Part shown: piece by piece, positions 20,173 through 29,677 of the stretch | Numbering within the stretch: the stretch's first letter is position 1 | How the letters are laid out: every line of letters begins with the position of its first letter | Origin: Leptospiraceae bacterium | GTDB taxonomy: Bacteria > Spirochaetota > Leptospiria > Leptospirales > Leptonemataceae | Length of the DNA: 64,000 nucleotides | Reading direction: 5' to 3' | NCBI GenBank assembly: GCA_040217195.1 | Contig: JAVJNR010000007.1 | Span: 32,001 to 96,000 of the forward strand | Notes under the pieces: model-generated | What the model was told of the DNA's origin: nothing | The model's input: only the letters and a program-made list of their open reading frames with translations | Database searches by the model: none | Translations under genes and position numbers: made by a program

Positions 20173-20928
20173 ATGCATTCAAGATTCTGCTGTCTTACTC
20201 TATTATTCCTACTCGGCCAATGCCAGACTTCCGGGCCAGCTACAACAGGCCCTGCAGTAGCCACGGAACCGGTAGAAATGAGAGATTCCGTTCGCCTGGA
20301 TGTTCCGGCCATAACTCAGCACCGTGAATCACTTTCCGGAGCTGCATCGGTGGAGATGGTATTTCGTTACTGGGGCGAATCGAGATATTCTCAACTGGAA
20401 ATAGCCAGTGCGCTGGTCTGGAAGTTTAGAGAGAACAAAAGATTTTACAAAAGCCATACTCTATTTCAGATTCGCTCCGGCAAGACCGCAGACGAAATGG
20501 ACTGGAGTAGCTATCCTGGCAGCGGAACAGGCTACATTCGCGAATTCCTGGAGCCAATTGCGCCCACGGAAAATCATAGAATCCAGCACCTACCACGAAA
20601 CACCAGAGCCATTCAGGAACTGGAAGAGAAACGATTGGCGCAGCTAAAGGAAAGCGTCAATCGAGGCATTCCCGTTATTGTTCATCAATGGGTGGATTCC
20701 AGTCGCGAGAGCCAGAGATTTCGCGTGGTCACAGGATTCGATTCCAGAAATGGCATGATTTACTTGAATGATCCGGCATCTGGACCTATTAAGATGAAAG
20801 ACTCTGAATTTCTATACCTGTGGCAGGTGGATGAGGTCTGGCTACCCTATAACTCCATAGTTTTCAACAAATCAGATGCCAGACAGATTAAGCAGGGCGA
20901 ATTGAAAGTAGAGCTTGAATTACCCTGA
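20173..20928 (+). CDS. C39-like peptidase lipoprotein, catalytic residues substituted
   Basis: Lipobox LLGQC; paralogue of 24002-24850 but SLSGAASVEM (Cys->Ser) and SQRFRVVTGFD (His->Arg). Confidence 0.8.
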   Translation: MHSRFCCLTLLFLLGQCQTSGPATTGPAVATEPVEMRDSVRLDVPAITQHRESLSGAASVEMVFRYWGESRYSQLEIASALVWKFRENKRFYKSHTLFQIRSGKTADEMDWSSYPGSGTGYIREFLEPIAPTENHRIQHLPRNTRAIQELEEKRLAQLKESVNRGIPVIVHQWVDSSRESQRFRVVTGFDSRNGMIYLNDPASGPIKMKDSEFLYLWQVDEVWLPYNSIVFNKSDARQIKQGELKVELELP

Positions 20929-21123
20929 GGGCATTTCGCATTGAATCCTACTGAGGCTTTCCTTTCGGCGCCTTTCCTTCAGTCTGGTTTGGTTCACAAA
21001 TTAGATACATGTGCGCGAAATTCCGGGGAATGCTACTGAGACCTTCGCCTGGCTTCACCGCAGTCCACCGTCGTTCGATCCGAGTTTGACTGTAGATATG
21101 TGTGCTTCGCATCAGCACTGCTG

Positions 21124-22137
21124 CTAATCGCTGGAAACGGAGCCAAATCTGGAATATACAAGCATGGCCACCGATAGTAACAATATACATCCATTGGCAG
21201 CCACCACCGGCGCAAGGACTGCCAGGCGAAAATTCAACGCTAGTAGACTGACAGTGCAACCAAGACAAAGCCAGAAAGCTACAGCGGAGGATCTAAAATT
21301 TACAATTCCGGCACGATGCAATTCCAGAATAGAATCGCCATGAGAATCATCTAGAAGTCCTGCCAGCATTCCGAAATTATGAGCTGAGTAGATGGCCGAT
21401 ACGCCAAGCAAAAAGAAATTCCAGGAGATACCGGGAACGGATTCGCCCGCCATAAATCGATCCAGAGAATCCAGAGATAAATCCAGCTGATAAATGGTGA
21501 GAATGAGCAGTGCAATCCCGTTCCATAGACTCAAGACCAGAGGTCGCAAAGACGCTCTGGATACTGTTTCTCTGGATGCAGTTTTTATAATTCCGGACCG
21601 GGGAATGTGCCCCATGATAAGCCATGCTACCGCGACGGTCGCCACGCAAAAACCTGCCAACTGCGGCGGGCTCAGATAATAATCCACTCTTAGATGTTCC
21701 AGAATCAAATACAGAAGAGCCAGGGAGGCCGCGAGACAACTAAGTTCATTGCGATGTTGATTTACAGTTCGAATATGCACGAGCACTGAGAGGAACAGAA
21801 AGCAGGCAATAAACCAATAGGGCCAGCGATGGATAGAATCCGGCTCCAGAGGCCACAAGAATGCCCCGGCACTCAATAATAACGAAACAAGCCCAATCAG
21901 CAAAAGCAGTAGTCCATTGGTCCTTAAATGGAAGTGTTCCAATAGAATTCCCAAAAACAGGGGCATTAGAATACGGAGTGCTGCCAAACCTTCCTGTGGC
22001 CCGGCGAAATAGAGCAATGCGCCCACTATTCCAAGATCCAGCAGGCTAACCATGAGCAATATCTGCCTGAATCCCGCTTTAGTGCGGAACTGACTTATGC
22101 GAAATACAATCTGATCCTGAGAGGGCAGCATGGGCAT
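21124..22137 (-). CDS. Multi-pass membrane protein of unknown function
   Basis: 337-aa ORF with about 10 hydrophobic segments. Confidence 0.7.
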   Translation of the reverse strand: MPMLPSQDQIVFRISQFRTKAGFRQILLMVSLLDLGIVGALLYFAGPQEGLAALRILMPLFLGILLEHFHLRTNGLLLLLIGLVSLLLSAGAFLWPLEPDSIHRWPYWFIACFLFLSVLVHIRTVNQHRNELSCLAASLALLYLILEHLRVDYYLSPPQLAGFCVATVAVAWLIMGHIPRSGIIKTASRETVSRASLRPLVLSLWNGIALLILTIYQLDLSLDSLDRFMAGESVPGISWNFFLLGVSAIYSAHNFGMLAGLLDDSHGDSILELHRAGIVNFRSSAVAFWLCLGCTVSLLALNFRLAVLAPVVAANGCILLLSVAMLVYSRFGSVSSD

Positions 22138-22350
22138 TCAAAGGCAAAGTAAGGATGCACCGAACCCGGGCACAACGCAATTAGGTGCAAGGCTAGTGCA
22201 TTTTCCCGACCGGCCATCCCCGCCGGAAGACTGCGAAGAGAGGCTGGGAACTACACTGCGTTTAAGTCGCTAATCGGCCAGGGACGAGTTAGAAGAATGC
22301 TTCTGAGTAGCAGTGTTCCTAGAAAAATCTAGAAGATTTCCCTCGCTTTG

Positions 22351-22566
22351 TCACTCCAGAGAAAGGGCCCGGGACGGACATTTCATTACTTGCTCTCGAA
22401 TCGCCTGTTCTTCGGCCCCTTCCGTATTGATCCAGGGCCGGGCTTTTGGATTAAATACCCGGGGCAATCCTTTGACGCAAACGGCCGAATGTTGACAAAG
22501 ATGGGGCTGCCAGACTACAGTGGTATCGCCCTTTTTGTAACGGAGAGTCTTTTCCTTATCACTCAT
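22351..22566 (-). CDS. Divergent 4Fe-4S mono-cluster protein (YjdI/Fer4_19-like)
   Basis: VVWQPHLCQHSAVCVKGLPRVF...RPWI...CPSRALS; start at MSDKEK. Confidence 0.88.
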   Translation of the reverse strand: MSDKEKTLRYKKGDTTVVWQPHLCQHSAVCVKGLPRVFNPKARPWINTEGAEEQAIREQVMKCPSRALSLE

Positions 22567-22831
22567 AATTCCGCAATGTAGCAACTCCCCAGATGCTTGC
22601 AATCCTTTGCAGGTAATTTTGGAAGCCCGCCCAAGGTCCTTAACCTTCGTAGATAGCAGATTATCAGTCACCCTGATCTGGTATTTTCAGAATTCCTCCG
22701 GTTAAAACATCGGAGGTTCAGAATATTGAATTGCGAATCTGTTCCAGGCTGACCAAAGTGTGAAATCCTGACGCAATCTCCGCCTCGGAATATATAGCTG
22801 CGAAAATTCAGAATCGAATTCGGTTAATGCA

Positions 22832-23950
22832 ATGCCAGACAAAAACGCAAGCCATCAGAAGCCGGGATTGTCCCACTGTGCGTTGCGCAATTTTATCTGG
22901 GCGCTGATTGCCATCCTGTCGCAAAGCTGCGGAGAAACAAAATCCCTTCATTTGCAGCCTTCCCAGGAAGCGCAAAAAAGAGCCCTGGAATCATCATCGT
23001 CCATTCAGGAAGAGCATCAGGGAGAATTGCATCTATTCATTCTTGCAGGACAGTCCAATATGTCCGGTCGGGGTAACCTGGAGAATCTTCAGCACCGGGA
23101 GTCAGATCCTGCCATTTATGTATTCGGAAACGATTATCGCTGGAAAGTGGCACAGGAACCAGTGGATGACCCTCAAGATCAGTTGGACCTGGTCTCCAGG
23201 GATTCCGGAGCAGGTGTGGGGCCTTCCCTGGCTTTCGCATCGGAACTCAGAAAAAACAGATCCGACGCCATAGGGCTAATTCCATGTGCCATGGGAGCCA
23301 CCACAATGTTTGAATGGGAACGCCGACTGAGTCCTGAATCGTTGTACGGTTCCTGTCTTCAGCGTTCCAGGGAAGCATCTAAGATGGGCCGAATTAAGGC
23401 CGTCCTGTTTTTTCAAGGAGAATGGGATGCCCTGGACATTGGTTACGATCGACTGCTGGCCGAGAATCACAGAAAACCGGAAAAACGATCGGAAAACCGA
23501 ATCCATTATTCCGACTCCAAAAAGGCACTGCCTGCTGGAATGAGCGAATACCAACTGGGCCAGAGAAAGATGGTGATCTGGCCCGGTCCGAATGAGAAGT
23601 ATGGCAACCCGCCGTTCGTATTGCGTCTGGATGGCCGCAAGGGTTACAACAGATCAGAACCGGCGCTCTGGGCCTACTTCTTTGCCGATTTTGTAGACAA
23701 TATACGTCATGATTTGAAACAACCAGAGCTTCCGGTAGTGTTCGCACAAATCGGAACGCAAAAAAGGCCGGAAGTCTACAGGCACTGGACAACCGTAAAA
23801 AAGGCTCAAGATGCCCTCCGCATGGATCGAGTGACCATGATCCGAACCGATGATCTTTCCCTGAAGGACTCGGTGCACTTTTCTGCAGAATCTTACATCG
23901 AAATCGGCAAGCGATTTGCCAGGGCCTATCTGGACAATGAGATGTTCTAG
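22832..23950 (+). CDS. Sialate O-acetylesterase (SASA/CE6, SGNH) lipoprotein
   Basis: ILAGQSNMSGRG, GVGPSLAFA, GLIPCAMG, FFQGEWDA, DSVHF; lipobox LSQSC. Confidence 0.9.
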   Translation: MPDKNASHQKPGLSHCALRNFIWALIAILSQSCGETKSLHLQPSQEAQKRALESSSSIQEEHQGELHLFILAGQSNMSGRGNLENLQHRESDPAIYVFGNDYRWKVAQEPVDDPQDQLDLVSRDSGAGVGPSLAFASELRKNRSDAIGLIPCAMGATTMFEWERRLSPESLYGSCLQRSREASKMGRIKAVLFFQGEWDALDIGYDRLLAENHRKPEKRSENRIHYSDSKKALPAGMSEYQLGQRKMVIWPGPNEKYGNPPFVLRLDGRKGYNRSEPALWAYFFADFVDNIRHDLKQPELPVVFAQIGTQKRPEVYRHWTTVKKAQDALRMDRVTMIRTDDLSLKDSVHFSAESYIEIGKRFARAYLDNEMF

Positions 23951-24001
23951 GCCACCAGCTTTTTCTCCTTGCAGCATTGGGGCTGGAGCTATAATCGACG
24001 G

Positions 24002-24850
24002 ATGAATTTAGCAAGGAATACTAACTCTAACAATTCCGTCATTGGCCTGACAATACGCTGCTCATCACTGACGTTAATTTCCATTCCACTGCTGTTCAGT
24101 CTCTTTGCCGGATGCGTTGCCGGTGTATCGGCCCGGCCAGCCTCTGAAACGGATTACTCTGATATTACCACCGGTACCGATTCTGTATCCAGACGAGTCG
24201 TTCGATTAAATGTGCCTCTGGTCCGGCAGCCCCGGGCCAAACTTTGCGGTCCCGCAGTTATAGAAATGGTATTTCGCTTCTGGGGTGAAACTGATTACGA
24301 TCAGTACGAAATTGCCCGGGCCATGGTCCTGTTGTTTCGCAATGAAAGCGGCAGGTTCCAGGACTCTGAGATACTGGTCCAATTACAACGCAATGCCCGG
24401 AATGGGGATGTGGACTGGAGAAAATATCCGGGAACTGGCACCTATCAAATGCGGGAATTCTTGAGCCGTTTTGCTCCAACAGTAAATCCAAGAATCAAAA
24501 ATCTGCCAGAGTCAAGAATTGAATCTGCGAAGATCCGGGATCGATTTTTTCAGGAACTCCAGGGTCATCTGGACTCCGGCTCCCCTGTCATCGTGCACCA
24601 GTGGTATAATGAAAGTAAGAACAGTCAGCACTATCGCCTGGTCACCGGTTATGACGATGTGCGTCGCATTGTGTTTCTCAATGATCCTGCAGACGGCCTT
24701 ATTGAAATGTCCTACGATCGCTTTCTGGGACTATGGAATGTGGAAGAAAACTGGCTGCCCTATAATAACATTGTATTCAATCGATATGCCCCTGGAAGGG
24801 TGGAAAAAGGCAGGCTCGACGTGAATCTAATTCTTTCGGTCGACAATTGA
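24002..24850 (+). CDS. C39-like cysteine peptidase lipoprotein (intact catalytic site)
   Basis: VPLVRQPRAKLCGPAVIEMV (Gln, Cys), HYRLVTGYD (His), FLNDP (Asp); lipobox LFAGC; start uncertain (23969/24002). Confidence 0.85.
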   Translation: MNLARNTNSNNSVIGLTIRCSSLTLISIPLLFSLFAGCVAGVSARPASETDYSDITTGTDSVSRRVVRLNVPLVRQPRAKLCGPAVIEMVFRFWGETDYDQYEIARAMVLLFRNESGRFQDSEILVQLQRNARNGDVDWRKYPGTGTYQMREFLSRFAPTVNPRIKNLPESRIESAKIRDRFFQELQGHLDSGSPVIVHQWYNESKNSQHYRLVTGYDDVRRIVFLNDPADGLIEMSYDRFLGLWNVEENWLPYNNIVFNRYAPGRVEKGRLDVNLILSVDN

Positions 24851-25083
24851 AGTGCCACACAGTAATACTCACGTCCAGGATGTGTAAATAACGACATCTA
24901 CCGGTATGATGACCAAGGCTATCGGGTCTGTTGCTAATTGAGGTAATCAAGAATAGACTCGACTGTGCCACCATCCCATCACATACTATGCGAATACATT
25001 CGCCTCTGCTCCAGAAAGGAAAGTTTGGCCAGGTTCTACTGATAACCGGCCACCGCTAGTACATCATGTCCTGTATATTCCAG

Positions 25084-25170
25084 GACCCTGCCCCACCAGG
25101 CTCTGTCAGTTGACGGCGAAAGAGGCTGCCGTTCCTTGAGTCTGGATGCAACGGGAATTGGGGCAGGGTC
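25084..25170. other. 87-nt nested stem-loop between convergent genes
   Basis: Perfect 12-bp inverted repeat gaccctgcccca/tggggcagggtc enclosing ccaggctc/gagtctgg and acggc/gccgt stems. Confidence 0.6.
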
Positions 25171-25180
25171 AGTTCGATTT

Positions 25181-25840
25181 CTATTCTACGGATTCCAGCG
25201 TACCAAAAAGTCTCCAGTCCGCACGGTCCAGCTTGAGCTTGATTTTATAACTATTCTTCTCCTCCAGGCCGGCAACAGTTTCGCTCATGGAGTCGTCGTA
25301 TGATACAGTTACAGATTTATTGTAAGGATCGCTGGCACGAAACATGAGTTCCTTTTTTTCTTCATCTTTTTTGGTCAATTCCCCTTCAACGGTGAATGAC
25401 TGCCCCTGAGCGCCGGGGCCTTTTAGAATGATCTGCGCGGGCAATCCAGCAGCTTCCCCATCAGAGACAGGTTTTCCATCTTCCGTGGCTACTTCAATCA
25501 GGTCGCCTCGCATGGTGCCGACGGTATTTCCCTGGGGAACTTTAAACTGGTAGATATATTTCTTTCTGGGTTCCAGGTTACCCGCTTTGCCTGCCAGCTC
25601 TTCCGGCACATACACAAAGATCGTTTTGTTGGATGCCCCGAAAAGTCTCAAATAAGCTCCATCCCCATCCCTTTCAACATTGATCTGCTCCAGAGTAAGA
25701 GTGTGGGTTTTTCCAGAGCCTTTCTCTACAACCTCCAGGGTATCTCCTTCGGAAGTAAGATTGGCCCCGCAGAAGGAAAGGGTGGCAACAGCCGGCAGCA
25801 GAGCCAGCCACATTATTTTTCTTGTAATTCTGTTTCGCAT
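25181..25840 (-). CDS. Hypothetical lipoprotein (two beta-rich, OB-fold-like halves)
   Basis: RBS aggag before MRNRITRK; lipobox TLSFC; similar motifs LEPRKKYIYQFKV and LEEKNSYKIKLKL. Confidence 0.7.
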   Translation of the reverse strand: MRNRITRKIMWLALLPAVATLSFCGANLTSEGDTLEVVEKGSGKTHTLTLEQINVERDGDGAYLRLFGASNKTIFVYVPEELAGKAGNLEPRKKYIYQFKVPQGNTVGTMRGDLIEVATEDGKPVSDGEAAGLPAQIILKGPGAQGQSFTVEGELTKKDEEKKELMFRASDPYNKSVTVSYDDSMSETVAGLEEKNSYKIKLKLDRADWRLFGTLESVE

Positions 25841-26601
25841 AGTTATCTCCTGATTCATGTCGCGATCGACATCCTTTTTTAGTTGGATCCGGTCGGTGTT
25901 AGCGAATGGTTCCAGCAAGGTCTGGTAGTCTACAGTCGGCCAGGAAAGAGTCAACCGGTAAAGGCGCGATTCATCAGAGTTCTCATACATTTATTTCCGG
26001 CCCCTGGCTTGCGCTTGCCAGTGGAAGTAACGTCCGTTATAGGTTACCGGGCGAGATTTAACAGGGTTACCATGATCCTGCAGGCCCCACAGTCATCTCC
26101 TCTCAGGCCTGGTCCAGAATCCCGATATCCGAAAACTACCGGACCAATGGCTCGAAGGCTCGCATTGCGGATTTCTCTGGAGGTGCTGCGATCTTACTAT
26201 CGACTGAGACCGCCAGAGCTTATTAGCAACCAGGATATCCGGGAGCACTGATGATTTCGCCAGGGCCCTATGGGCCTGCATTCCCATCCATCCCCCTCTG
26301 CAATCGGCACAACCCGGACTCCATTTTCCTTTTGATCCAATCCGGGCAAAAGGGTTACCGCTTCGCATTCCAGGGCTCAATCTATAATTCGCTACACCAC
26401 CTGGCAGTCCATTTCCTGAAATTGGCTCGACCGCCTGCACATTTCAAATCAATTCCTTCTTCGGCAGATTCACGGCCCTGGCATGTGCGAATGGGCCCGT
26501 TCGAACTCTGCCTGTGCGCTGAAGAAGGTAATTGAATTGCTCCGGGTAGTCCCGGACCCACCAGTTGCCAGTCAGAATTAAAGGAAGCGGGAGGCGAATG
26601 A

Positions 26602-27489
26602 ATGGAATCCGTAAAATTTGCGGGATTAAACGGTGCAGAGGAAAGTGTATTCAATTCGCAAGACATCGAACATTATTACGAGCAATCCAAAACGGATTAC
26701 AGACTACTGTGGAACTACGATCGATCCCATGCTTTGCACTTTGGATTCTGGACTGAAGATACCAGAACTTTGAGTCAGGCTCTGGAAAATGAAAATAGAA
26801 TGCTGGCCTGCCTTGCAGAAGTTAATAGCGGGGACCACATCCTGGATGCAGGATGCGGTGTAGGCGGTAGTGCAGTCTATCTGGCAAGAAACTATGGATG
26901 CAAGGTTCACGGAGTTTCTCTATGCGAACATCAGCTTGAACGAGCCAGCCAACTTTCCCGCAAATACAACCTCCAGGCGCAACTGAGCTTTGCAAAAGAG
27001 GATTATCACAACCTGCAATGGCCTTCAGAGTCTTTTTCCATTGTCTGGTGTATTGAAAGTTTCTGTCACTCCTGGAACAAGCCCCGATTTCTCCGAGAAG
27101 CCCATCGACTTTTGCGTCCTGGAGGTCAGCTAATCATAGCCGATGGATTTCGTTCCGGTGGAACTCCAGATGAAGAACAGAAATATATGATGCGCTCCTG
27201 GCTGGATGGATGGGCAGTTCCCGACCTTCCAGGAGAATCAGAAATGGAGGTCATGTTAGGTGATGCTGGCTTTGGTCCGGTTCAAATAAAGGATTTCACT
27301 GATTTAGTAATTCGCTCCTCTCGCAGGCTTTACGATTATTCCAGGATTTTTTATCCCGCAGCACGATTCGCATCTATCATGGGGATGCGAAAGGAAATAC
27401 AAAATGCAAACCTGAGGGCGGCCAGAGATCAATATCTGGCCCTGAAAGCCAACCTCTGGAAGTACAGTGTTGTGAGGGCATGGAAATGA
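26602..27489 (+). CDS. Class I SAM-dependent methyltransferase (gamma-tocopherol/sterol-MT-like)
   Basis: IEHYYE, ALHFGFW, motif I ILDAGCGVGGS, VWCIESFCH, EAHRLLRPGGQLIIAD; RBS ggagg. Confidence 0.88.
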   Translation: MESVKFAGLNGAEESVFNSQDIEHYYEQSKTDYRLLWNYDRSHALHFGFWTEDTRTLSQALENENRMLACLAEVNSGDHILDAGCGVGGSAVYLARNYGCKVHGVSLCEHQLERASQLSRKYNLQAQLSFAKEDYHNLQWPSESFSIVWCIESFCHSWNKPRFLREAHRLLRPGGQLIIADGFRSGGTPDEEQKYMMRSWLDGWAVPDLPGESEMEVMLGDAGFGPVQIKDFTDLVIRSSRRLYDYSRIFYPAARFASIMGMRKEIQNANLRAARDQYLALKANLWKYSVVRAWK

Positions 27490-29006
27490 ACAATCCAGCA
27501 ATGGCCGCCGATCTGGCTTCGCAAACAGTACCGGAAAGATGGAGCGACGAACATTTCTCTCCCTATCAGAGCCAGGGAGATCGAATCGCCGATGGAGTCA
27601 TTCAAGAGCTTCTGGCCAGCGGTCAAATCGACGGAATTCATTCCGTTCTGGATTCTATTCAAAGAAACGATGATCCTGTTTCCGAATGTCCTGCAGTATT
27701 ACGAAAGTACTTTGAGGAAACGGCTGTCCTTCCCTCCTTCGCAAACCCTGATGCTCTTCGCGCTGCCCAGGATGTTTTTGCCAGATATGGCCTTCCGATG
27801 ACGCTTAGTTTGTTCTGCCTGGTCCTTCCCGAAGGTTATGCAGCACCTAGACCGGCCCTTGCTCTTTCTTTCACAAGAACCATGTATGACCACACCCGAA
27901 GACGCATTGCAGAAACGGCTCAGTTTCTACTGGACATCGTATCCCCGGATGCCTTTGGACCAGAAGGACGGGCCATTCGGAGTATTCAGAAAGTCAGACT
28001 GATGCATGCAGCGGCCAGATTCTTTGTTAAGCGAAGACCGGAATGGCCGGAAGAATATGGAGATCCCATTTCCCAGGAGGACCTGGCCGCAGTGGCTGGG
28101 GGATTCGGATCCGAAACGATTCGAGGACTGGAGAAGCTGGGTATTAATCTGAATGAATCAGACCGAGAAGCCTATACTCATTGCTGGGCCGTCATGAGCT
28201 CCATGATTGGTCTGGATACCGAACTTGTGGCTCGAGATTTTCAGGATATGGATGAATGTGTTCAATCCTATAAGAGAAGGCAATGGGGACCAAGCAAGGA
28301 AGGAAAGGAACTCACGGCCAGTCTGATGAACATGGTGAACCGTCAGCTGCCACCATTGCTTCGTGGCCTGCCGCAAGCTTATCTGTATTATTTGATGGGA
28401 CCGGAAGGTGCAGAAATACTGGGAGTTCGCAAGAACTTGCAGAGCCGGCTTCTACGACCATTCATCGGTCTGAATTCCTTTATTAATCTGTCCCAGCATA
28501 AATCCAGGCGCCTGGCCCGAATGATTCGTTCTGTGACCCTCGGTATTCTCCAGGGAGTGATGGTCCGTGAAATTGGAGATAGGCCGGTAAAGTTCTATAT
28601 GCAGCCTGCTATTCGCAAAGGCTGGCAAATGGAACCAGTGTATCGTCGGGTTTCCCGCAAGAGCAATCTGGCCTTTCTTCAGGTAAACTTGCAGCCCAAC
28701 AGCAATGAATCTGTTTCAGAATCAGTTCTGTCCCAGGCTTCTACTTCCTATGACCAGGATTGTACTCTAATTGATCTCAGTCGTACAGGTGCCTGTATTC
28801 GTCTGTCCGGGGAATTTCCTATATCTGGCCCCGGTAGCTCAGTATGGTTACAGATTCGCAGCAATGACACAATTCTGAAAATTAGAGCCATAAGCTGTCA
28901 TGTGCATCAAAATCAGGCAGATGGATCTAAGAACATTGGATTTGAATTCGAATCACCGGATCGACGCACTGTTCGAACAATACAAGATTGGCTTGATAAG
29001 CAGTAG
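27486..29006 (+). CDS. MpaB/Lcp-family (DUF2236) haem oxygenase fused to a C-terminal PilZ domain
   Basis: GDRIAD, RRIAETAQF, KVRLMHAAAR, PISQEDLA, YTHCWAVMSSMIG; PilZ motifs RRVSR (28644-28658) and DLSRTG (28773-28790); ATGA overlap with the methyltransferase. Confidence 0.85.
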   Translation: MNNPAMAADLASQTVPERWSDEHFSPYQSQGDRIADGVIQELLASGQIDGIHSVLDSIQRNDDPVSECPAVLRKYFEETAVLPSFANPDALRAAQDVFARYGLPMTLSLFCLVLPEGYAAPRPALALSFTRTMYDHTRRRIAETAQFLLDIVSPDAFGPEGRAIRSIQKVRLMHAAARFFVKRRPEWPEEYGDPISQEDLAAVAGGFGSETIRGLEKLGINLNESDREAYTHCWAVMSSMIGLDTELVARDFQDMDECVQSYKRRQWGPSKEGKELTASLMNMVNRQLPPLLRGLPQAYLYYLMGPEGAEILGVRKNLQSRLLRPFIGLNSFINLSQHKSRRLARMIRSVTLGILQGVMVREIGDRPVKFYMQPAIRKGWQMEPVYRRVSRKSNLAFLQVNLQPNSNESVSESVLSQASTSYDQDCTLIDLSRTGACIRLSGEFPISGPGSSVWLQIRSNDTILKIRAISCHVHQNQADGSKNIGFEFESPDRRTVRTIQDWLDKQ

Positions 29007-29083
29007 AATGAAATTAAGAGCCCAGGAATCGATAGCCGATTCTAATGCTACATAATCAGTGGATTTTGGAAGTGACGTAGAAG

Positions 29084-29101
29084 CGGTCGCCGGGGCGACC
29101 G
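29084..29101. terminator. GC hairpin between convergent genes
   Basis: cggtcgc-cggg-gcgaccg; weak T-tails. Confidence 0.45.
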
Positions 29102-29126
29102 TTCAGAAAGGAAAATGAGAATCTAA

Positions 29127-29453
29127 TCAATGACGCATGCGGCCAGTCAGGTTGGCCGTAGGCTCTAGCTTGATGTAAGGCGCTTCGATGTCTCCATCAA
29201 TTGTGCCTTTTTCGCCGATGTAGATTTCTTTGCTGGCTTTGACATTGCCTTTGAGCTGACCCAAAACGATTGCGGTTTCGCAAGTAACATCGCCCTCTAC
29301 TACAGCATCGAGTCCTACTGTGAAGGAATGTCCGGGCAGGTTAATACCCTTGGTGGTTACTTTCCCTTCGATGATCAGTTTCTCATCTGCGTTAATTTCT
29401 CCGACGATATTCAGTGTCGGTCCTATTACAGTCATTTGCATGTTTACGGGCAT
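29127..29453 (-). CDS. Bactofilin (polymer-forming cytoskeletal protein)
   Basis: TVIGPTLNIVGEI, LIIEGKV, VEGDV, GQLKGNV, GTIDGDI beta-helix repeats. Confidence 0.92.
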   Translation of the reverse strand: MPVNMQMTVIGPTLNIVGEINADEKLIIEGKVTTKGINLPGHSFTVGLDAVVEGDVTCETAIVLGQLKGNVKASKEIYIGEKGTIDGDIEAPYIKLEPTANLTGRMRH

Positions 29454-29677
29454 TGTTTAAGGCCTCCGAAGATATTTGTACTAAACCCTTACAGTTATGC
29501 TGGCAATCAAAATTTTGCATGCACCGAAAACCAGGCTGTTTTTGTACCTCTTTCCATCAGTTATTCGGAACCGGGGCACAATCAGCACTGCTCTTCAGTA
29601 TTCTGGCAATTCACTGAGCCATTTCATCCAGGTTATGATTCACCCGGAACGAAAGAAAGCACTTCGTTTTATTATCG

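Noticed and set aside
21124..22137. Membrane protein as the exosortase-like enzyme for the NGS-x-LW tail
   Set aside because: No recognisable exosortase Cys/Arg/His, rhomboid GxSG or CPBP EExxxR motif.
22140..22215. c-di-GMP-II riboswitch-like words (gggcac, tagtgca, ccggcc)
   Set aside because: Wrong strand relative to the flanking genes, and spacing and 5' elements do not fit.
25084..25170. SRP (4.5S) RNA or tRNA identity for the long hairpin
   Set aside because: Lacks the CAGG-GNRA-AGCAG domain IV motif and any cloverleaf or T-loop on either strand.
25995..26030. Cobalamin riboswitch-like CCACTG...AAGCCAGG on the minus strand
   Set aside because: Upstream GGGAA/GGTG/CCCGCAACTGT core is missing; explained by a simple ctggc/gccag hairpin.
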